Counted from the stretch's first letter, positions 36,667-50,052 are shown. The stretch is DNA of 64,000 nt from Mobula hypostoma (GCF_963921235.1 NC_086097.1:93436001-93500000); one strand, 5' to 3'. Made by a program: numbers and translations. Notes: generated by a model from the letters alone, not told the origin.

Positions 36667-38411
36667 TTTTTTTTTCAATCTTTTTATTAGTTTCAGCATC
36701 ATATACATTTCAGAAAAATAGATACAGAGAAATCGGGATTACATTATTGAAAAGATAGTTTGTACAAATATAACCTCAATTGACACATAATTCATGAGCC
36801 TCCCAAAATCTCAAAAAGTACAGCTCTAATATAGGGAAATATAAGGTAAAAATGGAAAAAATATCATGAAAAAAGAGTAAAAAAAAATTTCCCCCAAAAA
36901 AGAAAAAAAATCTAAACCAGCTAAAGAAAAACTAAACTAACGAAAAGAAAAAGAATGGGCTATTATGATACCTCAGATAAGACCATTAGTGTTGTTAACT
37001 CCGCTCCTCTCCCCCTATATAGAATAACAAAGTAGAATTGGAAAGGATCAAATTTCATCATATGAAAGTATTGAATAAATGGTTTCCAAATCTCTTCAAA
37101 TTTAATAGAAGGGTCGTAAATGACGCTTCTAATTTTTTTCTAAATTTAAACAAGACATAGTCTGCGAAAACCATTGAAATGTAGTAGGAGGATTAATCTC
37201 TTTCCAATTCAATAGTATGGATCTTCTAGCCATTAGTGTAACAAAAGCAATCATCCAACAAGCTCAGATGATGTTGTTCTATCATTGGTAAACCAAAGAT
37301 TGCAGTAATAGGATGGGGTTGTAAATCAATATTCAAAACAGTTGAAATAATCCCAAAGATATCGTCCCAGTATTTCTTCAGCAAAGGGCATGACCAAAAC
37401 ATGTGAGTTAACAAAGCTGTATCAGAATAACATCTGTCACATACAGGATTTATATGAGAGTAATAGCGAGCTAATTTATCCTTGGACATATGAGCTCTCT
37501 GTATTACTTTAAACTGTATCAACGTGTGTTTAGCACATATAGAAGAAGAATTAACTAATTGAAGAATTTTTTGCCATTTCTCATAAGGTAAAGTAAGCTT
37601 AAGTTCCCTTTCCCAGTTGTTCGTGATTGAATTCGATACATCTGGATTTATTTTCATAATCATATTATAAATAATTGCTATTGCACCTTTCTGAAAAGGA
37701 TTTAAAACTAAAATTCTTTCCATTATATCCGATGAGTATGAAATCAGAAAGGTAGTAAGAACAGTATTTAAAAAGTTTCTAATCTGTAAGTATCTAAAGA
37801 AATGGGATCTAAGTAAATTATATTTATTAGATAATTGTTCAAAAGACATGAAACCATTATCTAAAACTAAATCAGAAAATCATATTATACCTTTAGTTTT
37901 CCAGACTAGATGGGCTTGATCCAAAAAAGAGGGTTGAAAAAGAAAATTTAATTAGAATAGGGCTTGTTAAAATAAATTGATTCAGTCCAAAAAATTTGAA
38001 ACTGAAACCATATTCAAAGAGTATATTTAACTATTGGGTTATCCATATGTTTGTTCACCTTAGAAAAATCAAAAGGAAGCTTAAGACCCTAAAATAGAAC
38101 CTAATGAAAACCCTGAAACGGATTTACATTCAAGATTAACCCATTGTGGACTTGAAACTGTATCCCAATTCCATGTCCAAAATTTTAAGTAACGAATATT
38201 AATTGCCCAATAATAAAATCTAAAGTTCGGCAATGCTAAACTGCTCTCCTTTTTGGGCTTCTGTAAGTATCTTTTACCTAGTCTAGGATTTTTACTCTGC
38301 CATATATATGAAGAAATTTTTGAATCAGCATTATCAAAAAAGGATTTCGGAATAAAGATGGGCAATGTTTGAAATAAATATAAAAACTTGGGTAAAATCA
38401 TCATCTTCATG
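36667..38411 (-). mobile_element. 5'-truncated LINE-1 clade element
   Basis: ORF2 C-terminus KMMILPKFLYLFQTLP and zinc knuckle CDRC...HMFWSCP; aataaa plus poly(A), seen as poly-T at 36667; short TSD gcagat. Confidence 0.9.
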
Positions 38412-38484
38412 GCAGATGTTTTGGATCATTAATGACATTGCAGAAAAATGGTTGCTTAATCAGACTGTGTAACAGTATTAGCTG

Positions 38485-40435
38485 CAGTACTGTCCAAAGG
38501 TCTGAGGCACATGTAAAACAAATCAGAAAAGCGAAGATGCTTTCAAAAATAATGAAATTAAAAGTTTCTAAATGTCAAAAAATTACTATATAGAGCAGTA
38601 CTCAGCAAAAAACTAAACCAAATCAATATCTTGTGTGTGTACCCTTTGACTTCAAAACTGCATCAATTCTCTTAGGTACACTGTCATGCAGTTTTATAAG
38701 AAAATTAGCTGGTAGGTTGTTCCCAGCATTCTGGAGAACTTGTTACAGTTCTTCCACAGACATTGGTTGTCTTGCTTGCTTCTGTCTCTTCAGGTAATCC
38801 CAGACAGCCTCAATGTTGATCAGGGCTCTGTGGAGGCCATACTATCTGTTGCAGAATTCATTGTTTTTTTTGTTGCTTTATGACTTTGGCCGTGTCTTTG
38901 AGATCATTGTCCTGCTGCAGAGTGAAGTTGGGACCGATCAGACACCTCCCTGATGGTATTGTGTTTCTTTCCTGCCCATTACGCACTGATGTTTAGGATA
39001 GCAGTGAAGGTCCTCCATTTTTGGTGGTGTCAGGGCTTCCTTCATCATGTCACTAACTCGGTCATGCAAGTTCTGGGTGGAGACTCAAGAATACCATTGC
39101 ACTCAGATGTAGAAGGATTGTTCACTGCTGTTTTCCACAACAACTTTGTTTTACCAGTCAGGGTTGTTAAAACCCCCAGACCAGGAGGACTGGTGGATCA
39201 CTCTTCATCTGGCCTCTACCCTTTGACCTGTTTGGCATGGGTGACCCTACCAAGAGCCAAAGCCCTGACTCCAGCCAGCATTGCTCTTTGTGTCATTGAG
39301 GCACGCAGGCCTCAAAACCACGAGAGAGTTGTGGTCCTCTTGAGGGATGGTATATGTGATGGATGAGAATCTGCTTGTACTTCTCAGCATGGAGGATTCC
39401 ATTAATTCTGACCAGATCACAAACTCCATTTGCGGAAATGCAGCTCCAAACCTGCAGGAACCTTCTCCATGCTTCACTGTTGGATGCAGGCACTCATCCA
39501 GGTAGCACTCTCCAGCTCTTCTATGAACAAGTTGCCTCCTGTTTGAGCCAAGTACTTCAAATTTTGACTCGTCAGTCCATTGCACTTGCTCCTGTTGTTC
39601 AGCATCCCAGTCCTTTTGTTTCTGTGCATATGGGAGTCTCCTGGCTTTGTTTCCACTTTGGAGGAATGGCTTTTTGGCAGCAACTCCTCCAGGAAGACCA
39701 CTTCTGACAAGACTTCTCCATACTGTAGAAGGTTGTACTTGGGTTTCAGTGGTCTCTGAGTTCAGAGCTGATTGCAGCACTGGACTTAGTATGATTTAGA
39801 AAAATGTCATTTTGATGTATTTCTCGTCTGCTGCGCGCAGTTTCCATGGCTGACCACTGCATTTCTGGTCCTCAACTTATTCCGTTTCTTTGTGCTTCTT
39901 CAGAAGAGCTTGGATGGCACATCTTGAAACTCTTACCTGCCACAGAATTTCTGCTGTGGAGAGATCTCGTTGATGCAGGATGACCTTGTATCTTGTTGCT
40001 ATGCTCACTCTTGCCATGGCATGAGAATTGATGATTGAAGATTAAACTGTTGCATCTGCCACACCCTCATATTTTAGTTTGGTTGTAATTTGGCCAGTTT
40101 GATTCCTTCTACACCTGTTTCTGTTTCAATTAATCAGTTTTGTTTATTCAATTTATTATGTCATTGATCATTAGCATCCTGTTTGTTATCTTTGGTTAAT
40201 CATGCACTGTCCTATATACCTGCAAAGTAATGGAAGTTTATATTACTTAATATATTACTTTCTTTAAGAAAATACAAAAAATTCTCTATAACATTTTAAT
40301 TTTTTGGAAAATGATTGTTTGCCAAAATCTAAAATTTGCTCTTTTTAACTGTCACACTAATGCAAAATCCAAAAAAAAAACCCAAAAAAATTTATATAAA
40401 ATATCTAGGGTGCCTAAGACAGTTCTCTAGTATTG
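38485..40435 (-). mobile_element. Tc1-family DNA transposon, decayed
   Basis: Degenerate TIRs cagtactgtccaaaggtctgaggcac / gtgcctaagacagttctctagtattg; transposase motifs WTDESKFE and PTVKHGEGS (ORF 39247..39780). Confidence 0.9.
38964..39345 (-). mobile_element. Short RTE-derived non-autonomous element inserted in Tc1
   Basis: TSD gatggtat(a)tgtg at 38952 and 39346; RTE/Expander-like 5' UTR joined to an RTE-like 3' end (WRTFTAILNISA*). Confidence 0.7.
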
Positions 40436-41164
40436 TAGATTAGTTTGCACAAAATACAACTAGTAATAAAGCAAACTGAGAAGGAGCTGTGTGTAGTTTC
40501 CAGCCCCAGCTCCTGACAATGTCCTTTTAGGTTTGTAATGCATCTATTTTAGTACTGCAGTAGATTTCATCTGTGACATTTCTGCTCTAGTCCCGAGAAT
40601 ATTCAAGTATTCATTTTTGGATCTGCAGTTCACTGCCTTTTATTTAATAGTATTATGAAAGATTTAGGCTGTAAGTCACTCTTGGTTCCAGATTACTGTA
40701 CAATATATCTAACAAAAGAAATCTTAAAGCAGTTCTCTTTAAGATCTAATGGATCACCATCTCCCAGACTAATGACATCATACTGGATTCTATATATTAG
40801 CCAGCACTGATTCCTGGTTTTTGTCATTTTCAGTACAAATCTTTAGCAGTATGTATGTTAAAGTTCTGGAATTCTAGTACATTAAATCTGCACCTTTAAG
40901 TCTCAGAGAACACCAGATTGGCCTCCGCTTTATGAACCCATATTGCTATCTAAATATATGGGTCATCAAATTCCTTTCAGTAAATGTTTTGTCTGAATTT
41001 AGTAAGATGCTTTGCAGCAGCTCCAAATGCTTCTTAGAAATAGTATGCATAAAACCTTGTTTATTCCTTTGAAGGCCAAAGCAGTGTTGCTGCTTAAAGG
41101 TACACACCACAACATTATTCCATGACTAACAAACATTGATTATAGTTATTATGTAATTCCATTA

Positions 41165-41455
41165 GGGCGGCATGGTAGCATAGTAGTTAGCACAACGCTT
41201 TACAGAGCAGGTGACCTGGGTTCAAATCCTGCTGCGGCCTGTAAGGAGTTTGTACGTCCTCCCCATGATATTGCGGGTTTCCTCTGGGTACTCCGGTTTC
41301 CTCCCGGTACTCCGGTTTCCTCCCACAGTCCAAAGACGTGATAGGTTAATTGGTCATTGTAAACTGTCCTGCGATTGGCCTAGGGTTAAATTGGGGGTTG
41401 CAGGGCGTCACGACTCAGAGGGCTGTAAAAATCTTTTCCACGCTGTATCTCAAGT
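41165..41455 (+). mobile_element. tRNA-derived SINE (V-SINE-like)
   Basis: tagcatagtagttagc A box, ggttcaaatcc B box, tactccggtttcctccc core (locally duplicated). Confidence 0.8.
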
Positions 41456-41660
41456 TATTACATTTTGGCTTCCTGATATGGTAACTCACCTCCAGCAATT
41501 TGCTTGGTTATTTGCAGTTATTAAAATATAAAACTATTTCATGAAATGTTGCACAATAGATAACTGTTTATGTAAATAACGCGTATTGAAATATTGCATG
41601 TGTCATTGCCCAGGAAAGCTTCCTTTAATTTTGTCTGTCTTGTTTTTATCTTTATTTGAG

Positions 41661-41792
41661 GTTGATGAGAAGGGTCTTGTGTACTGGTATTTTGAGAGTA
41701 TGATGACCTGTGCACGTGTTCGTGTCTTTGAACGCAAGGATGCTGGAAGATCATTAACCTGCACTTGCAGTCCTACACAATGCTGTAAAGAG
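41661..41792 (+). CDS. MGA: MGA-family coding exon, 132 nt
   Basis: tttatttgag acceptor; VYWYFESMMTCARVRVFERK; donor gag|gtacag chosen because it keeps frame with the next exon. Confidence 0.9.
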
Positions 41793-42344
41793 GTACAGTA
41801 AGCTATAAAGTATTTTTAGTTGTTTGTGAGTTTACCTGGATTCATGCGGGAAGATGACCAGACAACAGAAGTTAAGTGGTTGGTGCAGTTTCTGAGTTAC
41901 CTGCTCTGTATCTTCTCTGTAGCTGTAATACAACACTCTTCATTCTGTTTTCCTTAGTTACCTCAATGTACTTGTGTATGGCATGATCTGGCGGGATGGC
42001 ACACAAATAAAAGGTCTTGCTGTATTTTACTACATGTGGCAATAAAAGTTTAGAGGAATTTTAAAAACGTATAAATTTATGAGATTCCAAGAGCTTGACT
42101 ATAGATGCTGTGAAGGTATTTCACCTGCTTGGTAATGCAGTGCCAGAATATATAGTTTCTGGGACAACATTTAAGACAGATGAGGTGCTGTTGCTTCTGA
42201 GGTTGTGAATCTTCAGTATTCTCTTCGTACACACTGGAGCTAAAGCCATTATCTCATTGAATAACAGAATACATCTGATGCCGTGTGCCCTAGTCCATCA
42301 CCTATACCTTCCATTCTTCCTTACATTGTATCAGATATTTACAT

Positions 42345-42610
42345 ATTGAGATACAGTGCAGTATAGGCCCTTTGGCCACGCCAACCAGCAGTTCCCCAAC
42401 TTAATCCTAGCATAATCACTGGCCAGCTTACAATGACCAATTAACATACCAACCGGTACATTTTGGACTGTGGGAGGAAACTGGAGCACCTAGAGGAAAC
42501 CCATATGGTCACAAGGAGAACGTACAAAATTCTTGTTGGCAGGAGTGGGAATAGAACCCTATTTACCTATACTGTAAAGCGTTGTGCTAACTGCTATGCT
42601 AATGTGCCGA
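42345..42610 (-). mobile_element. tRNA-derived SINE, same family, reverse orientation
   Basis: gactgtgggaggaaactggagcacc and gcgttgtgctaactgctatgcta are reverse complements of the 41165 SINE blocks. Confidence 0.75.
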
Positions 42611-42645
42611 ATAATATTGAAGCTTGGAACAAATCTGGTAGCTCA

Positions 42646-43458
42646 TGTTACGTCATCAGCAACAATGAATATAGAATTGAGTCAGGTTTTATAAACAAAC
42701 ATAAACATTTATTAAACTCTGCTTAACAATAGCGAAAAGTATTCAAACGACTAACTTAACCGGAAGTTAACTGCTATACTGGAACTCTGGAATAGTTCTT
42801 AAAGTGGTAAATTCGAACACAGTCTCAAAGTGATTTGTACAGTCAGTAAGGAGAGACTTCTCTGGAAATGGATTTCTTTGAAGACATGGTGTTACTGCTG
42901 ATCCCGTCCAAAGGATTCACGACGAAGGAAGTAAAACAGCTTAAAGGAACTGACCTTTTTCCCTGGATGGTGAACACTGCACAAACCTTTCTGATCTTGC
43001 AGGGGCTATCTCAGATGCAGGCCACTATTCCTGAATGAAGATTCAATAAGGCCGATCCTTTATGAAACCACAGAACGACACCAACTTTACTCAACCCTTT
43101 GGGTTCCCGTACTTCGGTAAGGTCTTCACTCTCCAATACTAGACTGTAAAGGTAAATCAAAGGTACCCCAAACAAAACTGGCAGCAATTGGCGAAACTGC
43201 CAGCACAACGGCTTTACCTTACAATAGAAAGTAAAACTCCACTTTAAAAGAAAACTGCATCATGAGACGAATACGCAGCATAACGGAGTAACTGACAAAT
43301 TAAACAACAAACTAAACTGCTTGACAACAGGGGTTTCCTGTTATATACCTGTTGGGAACATGTCATCACGTGATCTCACACCGGCGGGAAAATTATATCA
43401 CCCTACCATCACAAGACAATTACATCATGCTCACAAGATACCCACGAGGTATGTAACA
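42646..43458 (-). mobile_element. Solo LTR (Gypsy/ERV-like)
   Basis: TGTTAC...GTAACA termini; 4-bp TSD ctca/ttca; minus-strand aataaa near 42707. Confidence 0.75.
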
Positions 43459-45240
43459 TTCAAAATTGGACAACCATAAGGAACTTGGAATAGAAGCAGA
43501 ACTGCATTCTATTACAATCTATAACCTTATGGGTCAATAAGTTCTCATTCTAGCATGAGCATCGATGTCAGAAATGTACCCCTGTTCAGTGAAGGGTGGA
43601 AAAGCTCATGTCTCATGTACCGCAGATGAGTGGTGCCTTGTCATTCTAATGTTAATCACCTATAAAGTGGTAGAACATGTCACTGACAATGCTGAGAAGA
43701 ACCATTTACTTCCTGATTACCTGCTCATCAGAGTTCAGTCTGATATTTGCCAAGACATCTTGGCACCTGTCCTTAACTTCCAGCCTAGATTCAAATATAG
43801 ATAAAAGCTGAAATCCAGACAGTTACTAACAGCAAAGGAGCATTTGATTGAGCCAGTTTCAAGAAAGGTTTTACACTGTCTGGACTTAATCCCACAAAAA
43901 ATCAAATCAACCAAGCCCCAGGTGTTGTTCAGCCGCCATCTTCAAATGCTGTCATTGTCCGCCCAAAAACATGGGAAGGTCTTCACCAAAAGGCATGTGG
44001 CAGTTCAAGAAGGCAGCGTCTGTTGGTCTTGCCTTCAAGATCAACATAAAATAAAATTTAGTAAAATGGTGCATATTTTTGATTTAAAATCAGGAAAATG
44101 CACTTCAAACAGAAAATGTGGAGGGAAGCAGTTGATGGTTTTTGTGGATAGATATTTAATCAGAATTAAGAAAATGAGAAGGAGCAAAGGACAAAACTAA
44201 GGTCTGTGATCAGTTAAATAACAAAAGATAAATTGTCAGATGTATCTTGCAACAGGTAGTTAGCCGTGATCGAGGAGAGTTGTGGCCTTTGTTTACCAAT
44301 AATCTACTTCTGCCCTACAAAAACAGATGTTGACTTCAAAAGTGATCTTTTTCTTCCCCGAAGATCCAGATTCAAGTCCCAAGTAAAACTCTAATCCTGC
44401 CATGCCCTTTAATCACTTGTTTCTCTGGTTCATGTTGCAGCAGTTCTTAGACATGCCATCATTATTGTTATTATTAATATTATCATCCATTGTGATAGCA
44501 ATTATTGGCCTGGGTACTTGAAAATTTTAACTTCCCTAATTCTCATCAGCACATAACTCAGAATGAGAGAGAGAAAAAATGAGAATGAAAATGATAAGAA
44601 GAATATGTGGTCAGGCGTTGAGATAATTAGATTCTATCTGCCAAAGGCAGAAAAAGAAAACAAAACGAAGACTTGTCATAACATCGTCATTGAGACTGAT
44701 CTCCCAATCATTTCATAATCAAGAAAAATGGCTTTTCTTGTAATTAAGGAGGAAGTGCAACTAATTGACCTCTAAATTTTTTACAAATGTCTTTGAAAAA
44801 TTGGGCTGATAATCTGTTTTAGATGTTAGTTGACTATGTTACAAGGGAGAATTTGGGCACTTCTAAAGAGATAATTAAAAAGATTTAATATGCAAAAGAT
44901 AGTGGCCTCATTCAATGATGTACTAGAATTTTTGCTGAGGCCCCTGTAATAGAGTTTGAAGGTATTAACTTTCTGAGAATGTGTCTATTGACCTGTGGCT
45001 GATGGTTTGTCTGAAGCATTTGTAAATGCAAATACAAATATTATATTGTAAAATGATGTGCAGTTCTTAAGTAATGCTATGGGAAGTTAAATGGTTTCAG
45101 CATAACTAGACTAGGTTGGGTTAATAGCAAGGTAGAATCTTGTTTAAATTTGTAGTTTTATCTTTTTGTTTACAGATTAGAAATCCTTGTCACTAGATAA
45201 ACTCCTGAAGAATAATTATGAGTGCTTTTTCTGTTTATAG

Positions 45241-45319
45241 GGAAACAGTAAAGTAAATAACAATTGGGGAGTTGAGGCATGCAAGTTAAAGTGCTGCAGT
45301 GACTGTAAATCCAGCAAAG
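45241..45319 (+). CDS. MGA: MGA-family coding exon, 79 nt, Cys-rich
   Basis: ctgtttatag acceptor and g|gtaaga donor; GNSKVNNNWGVEACKLKCCSDCKSSK; supplies the phase 0 to phase 1 shift needed between the flanking exons. Confidence 0.8.
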
Positions 45320-46118
45320 GTAAGAATTTTCATTTAAATAACTTGCCTGCCATTTTGTTACACATCTTGTATGTCAGCAGTTTGTACCATATCATTTGGC
45401 ATTACAGGCTTATCAATTTAGTAAGCATGCTTAGACATTTGCTTCCAGTTTACTCTCATCAGTTGAGTAGACTTTCCACAAAGTTACTTGCATCTTGGCA
45501 TCCTAATTGAATCTCTCAGCACTTCGATCTGCAGACGATCAATGCAAGCAATGACATCCTTAGACTGGTCTTGACTGTTGAATAGTGAGAGGTACATTGT
45601 GCTTTTTGGCCTGTACTTGTATGCTGCCCTGCTGTGTTATGAATGAAGCTCTGATATGCAATGTACCTTGTACCTTTTCCTTTAAGTGATTTGGAAGATG
45701 GACATTAGGGATAATGTGTTGTAAAGCACTGCAACAGGCCAAGTCTTTCCTTGAATCTAACACAGCATTAAACCTTTTATGAGTCATTTAACTGATGAGG
45801 TAGAATCCACAAGTATTTGAGTGTCAAAGTTATCTCACAGCACAGAAACTATGGCTGTAAATAGAAGTTTCTCATTGTCAAACCTTTGATTCTTTGAAAT
45901 GTGATATTTCAAGTTGATGAGGGTTTCAACAAAAAATTCCCTTCTTTAGATACTGCTTAACCAGTAGATGTGTTGCTTCAGATTTCAGCATCTGTCTTGC
46001 ATCTTCATTACTTAGCCTTTTGTATAAAGATGGTAACTATTTTGCAAGGTGTTTTATATACAGACCCCAAGCCTTGTAAACAATTCTTCACAAATAAATT
46101 CACTTTTGTCTTGTCTAG

Positions 46119-46756
46119 AATTAGATCCTGAGAAAATGGATGATTTGGAGGACAGTTCAACATCACCAAATGGTGTTCAGATGTGCAAATGGAAGACAAA
46201 GGAGAAGACAGATTCACCTTTACCCTGTAACAGTCCTCAAGGAGAAAGTTCCAGCTTTCATCCAAAAGAGCCACCATCATCAGCGCAGATAAAAAATACA
46301 TCCAAACTCATTGAGATTATTTCAGATTGTAACTGGGAATCCGAACGCACAAATATTCTTGAAGTTCTTGCTCGATATACTGCTAATAAGGGAATTTCGG
46401 AGAAAATACGAATTGGCAATTTCCTTGTTGAAATTGCATCAAATCGTGGAAAAGGTCTAGATGGTCCACCTGGAAGTACACACATTTCTAGTTCCATAGT
46501 AAAGATTACTCAGCCTGCTGATAAAGAGGAGGATGCCAAAACCTCGGGTTGCAATATATCTGTTCAAACTGCTTCCAAATCTTCTGGACTGAAGCAGTCT
46601 GACCCACGACCAATTGCACCAAAAGAAAAGTTACGAATACCTGCCAACAGTATTTTGGGGAGCAAGGAGATAACCATAATTCAATTAGGCTCGACAGTGG
46701 CTAGGCTGCAGAAGGCTGCTTCTGATTCAACTGCTCGGAAAAATGGTTTGATGCAG
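46119..46756 (+). CDS. MGA: MGA-family coding exon
   Basis: ttgtctag acceptor; KLIEIISDCNWESERTNIL, IRIGNFLVEIAS, ending GLMQ; donor cag|gtatgt. Confidence 0.93.
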
Positions 46757-46914
46757 GTATGTCCTTGGTTGAGCAGTTTAGTTTTCTTTCATGGGATATA
46801 GCATTGTTGTGAAGACCAACATTTTATTTTCATCTTAATGCTCTTGAAGTTGGTAATGAATGTTGTATTGAACTGATTTGTATTCAAGTAAAGTAAAAAA
46901 ATAAGTAAAATAGA

Positions 46915-47340
46915 ACTTCAAAGTTCAAAATAAATCTATTATCAGAGTACACATGTCACTACATTCAACCCTAAGATACTTTTTCTGCTTGCTTACTTAG
47001 CCAGTCTCTAGAACAGTAACTGTAAACGTCAGAAACTGTTATCTGTAAACAAACTGTGCAAATGCAGATATAAGAAAATAGCAATAAATATGGAGCATGA
47101 AATAATGTAACAAAGTCCTTAAATGAGTATAGCTATCCCCTTTTGTTCAAGAGCCTGATGATTGAGAGGTAGTAACTGTCCTTGAACCTGGTGGTGTAAG
47201 TTCTGAGGTACCTGTACTTTCTACCTGATGGCAGCAGTGAGAAAAGCCTAGGTGGTGAGGATATTTAATGATGGATGCTGATTTTCTACGATAACGTTTC
47301 ATGTAGATGTGCTGACTAGTTGGAGGGTTTTTACCCTCGG
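46915..47340 (-). mobile_element. Rex-like LINE 3' end
   Basis: gtaactgtccttgaacctggtggtg block; (ttcaaag)n tail. Confidence 0.7.
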
Positions 47341-47454
47341 CATATTTAACTTGTTAAATCTTCTTGTGTATAAAAGGGGTTCTGTCGACATTAATTTATA
47401 TGTGACGGTTTTCTGATTGTTTTTCTTGTGTGTTCTATTATATCTTTTGATTAG

Positions 47455-47710
47455 TTTACCAGAAATACCAGTGGTGATACAAAGCTGACACTAGGACAGG
47501 TTGGAGCTCTTCATCCAGTGAATTGGGTGATTTCTAACCTCAAAAAGAATGTAAAGTCAGCTGATCCAGTCAGATGGTTCACTTCTAGTATGGCTGCCTC
47601 ATCAATCTCTGCTGATTTACCCTCAAAACACGTGACTACTTGTTCTACAGACCCTGCCAGTGAAGTTTCAAGAGATGCCAGTAATGCTGTGCCTTTTGAC
47701 CAGGCCAAAG
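47455..47710 (+). CDS. MGA: MGA-family coding exon
   Basis: ttttgattag acceptor; TKLTLGQVGALHPVN resembles the AKLLLGQMGALHPAN segment of long MGA isoforms; donor g|gtaagg. Confidence 0.88.
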
Positions 47711-48622
47711 GTAAGGTTAGCTTGGCAAAATTTTTTGTACTAATAAAATATTTTTGAGCAAGAAATCTTAGCAGTAATAATCTTCAGTTCTTGCTTCAGA
47801 TGTTAACATGTGGTAGATGGCTCAGAGTACTGAAAACAACTCAATGCCAACCAAGCTGTTAAGATTTAGTGGTAGTGGAATGATCTATGATTTCATTTGT
47901 TAGCCAACACTTTAATTTAACCCACAGTTGGGAAGAAAATTCTTGGGATGAAGTATGGCTAGGACTTATTAAAAGCTGGAGTTGTTTGTTTGGAACTTGT
48001 TGGATTTGTGGCATCTGAATTTTTTATACCAAGAAGTGATTTCCTTTCTGATTCATTGAAGAGTTAAACAGTGTAGATCATAATGCTTCTAGTTGTGATC
48101 TTGGTTGGTATAGTACAGCTCCGCCTTGTCCACGGAGAGAGAAAAGGTAGTGTTCTCTTAAATGCATTGCACTAGATATGTAACAGGAGAATGTGTTTTA
48201 TTGGAGTATTTCCTGGAAAGCCAGTTAGCAAGATGCAATTTGTTGGCTTTGTTTCTGCCCAGAAGCCAGTTAACTTCACAGGATGCTGTGGGATGGCCAG
48301 CTATAGCATGCCAAACATGAAAACTGGCAACCTGCAGGGAAAAATTCGGCCTTTCAGGACAATAGGTTTGAAACAGGTGGTAGTCAAGAGGAAGCTATGG
48401 GGGCACTTAAGGGTTTGCAGGATGGGCTTAAGCTGGGCTTGTAGCCGGCAACAGTCAGTTGAAATGATTGATGAAAAGAATATGAATGTTTTGTTGAGGG
48501 GCTGTGGGGGGCATTTCTTGTGCTTTACAAGGAGTATTTCAAAGAAGGTATTCTCCTGCCTGGTCTCCATTTCACTGTCTGTTAATGAATGTTTGAATCT
48601 CTGAATAATGGTGCCACTCATC

Positions 48623-49856
48623 TTCATCATCAGGTGCCATGCCCAGTTTGAGCTTTGACTGCCATGGCCCACACACATTCCTGTTTCGGGTCAAGTAGAT
48701 CAGTTCATTGGTATTCACTTCCAGTTCTCTGGCTGCTGTCTCCATCACTATTTGTCTTTGCCTTCCTTTTTTTTTCTTCCCTTCAATCTTTCCCATAATT
48801 ACCGTGCATTCTATCTCCTCTTTCCTAATCACATGTCCAATGAAGTTAGGTTGCCTTTTCATGATCTCATACATTATTTCTCTTTTTGTGTTTGCTCTGT
48901 TCATGACATCCTCATTAGATACTTGTCCCTGATATTCTTTGCATCCTCCTCAAAAACCATATCTTTGCTGCTTCAGTTTGTTTCCTCATGTTACTAGATA
49001 TTGTCCAACATTCTGATCCATATAACAAAACTGGATAAACGTAACTTTTCAGTACTCTGAGGTGGGTTGTCGTGCCTAGTTTAGTGTTGGTCAGTATACT
49101 CTTCATTCTCGTAAAGGTGTCGTTTGCCATCCCTATTATTCTTTTGATGTCCATGTCGCACCTGCCATCTGATGTCACCCAGCTTCCTAAGTAGCAAAAG
49201 TTCTATACTTGTTTTATGTCTTCCCCGTGTATTTTCAGCCTGCAGATAGGATTCTCTTTCTTTTTGGATATCACCATACATTCTGTCTTTTTACAATTGA
49301 TAGATCGACCCATTTTTGCACTTTCTTCAACAACTATATCAATAAAGTTTTGTAGTTCTTCCTCCGTACTTGCAAATAACAGTGTCATCCGCATATCTGA
49401 AATTATTGATGTTTTCACCGCCAACTTTGATTCCCAAGATGTCTCTTATTTTTTTGTAATATTGTTTCACTGTACACATTAAACAAATCAGGGGAGAAAA
49501 CACACCCTTGTCTAACATCTCTCTTGGTTTTTGTAAACTGACTCACTTCTCCATCTATTCTTACAGCGGCAGTTTGTTCCCAGTACAGATTTCTGATTAG
49601 GCGGAGGTCTTTCGAATCTAGATCAAGAATTTTCTGTAATATTTCAAATAACTTACTGTGCTTCACCTTATCAAATGCTTTTGTGTAGTCAATAAAACAA
49701 ACAAACAAATCTTTTTGCACTTGAATAGCTCGTTCTGATAGTATCCTTAACATCAATATCGTGTTTCTTGTACCTTTGTCTTTCACAAAACCACATTGTT
49801 CTTTACCTATTTCAACTTGTATCTTACTTTTAGCTCTTGTCATCAAAATTCTTATT
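48623..49856 (-). mobile_element. 5'-truncated RTE-clade (BovB-like) LINE
   Basis: FIDYTKAFDKVKH, VRQGCVFSPDLFNVYSE, VLLYGSECWTIS and IMGKIEGK; (gat)n tail; TSD actcatc (48616-22, 49857-63). Confidence 0.9.
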
Positions 49857-50052
49857 ACTCATCATACATACCTCAATAAGATTTAGCAATGTTATCAGAA
49901 AAGGGGATAATTGGAAAGAGTCACAGAAAGATCATACTAATTAATAGACATTGTATTTCCTTCTATTTATTTACCTTGGCTTTTTAAATGAATAATTGAT
50001 CACATCCTGGTTATACTTAGAATTCTTCTGTGTCTATCTTTTCTGCTTACAG

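Noticed and set aside
43565..44200. ORFs 43565..43804 and 43844..44200 as exons or a nested gene
   Set aside because: No recognisable homology or convincing splice pairs; not needed for frame
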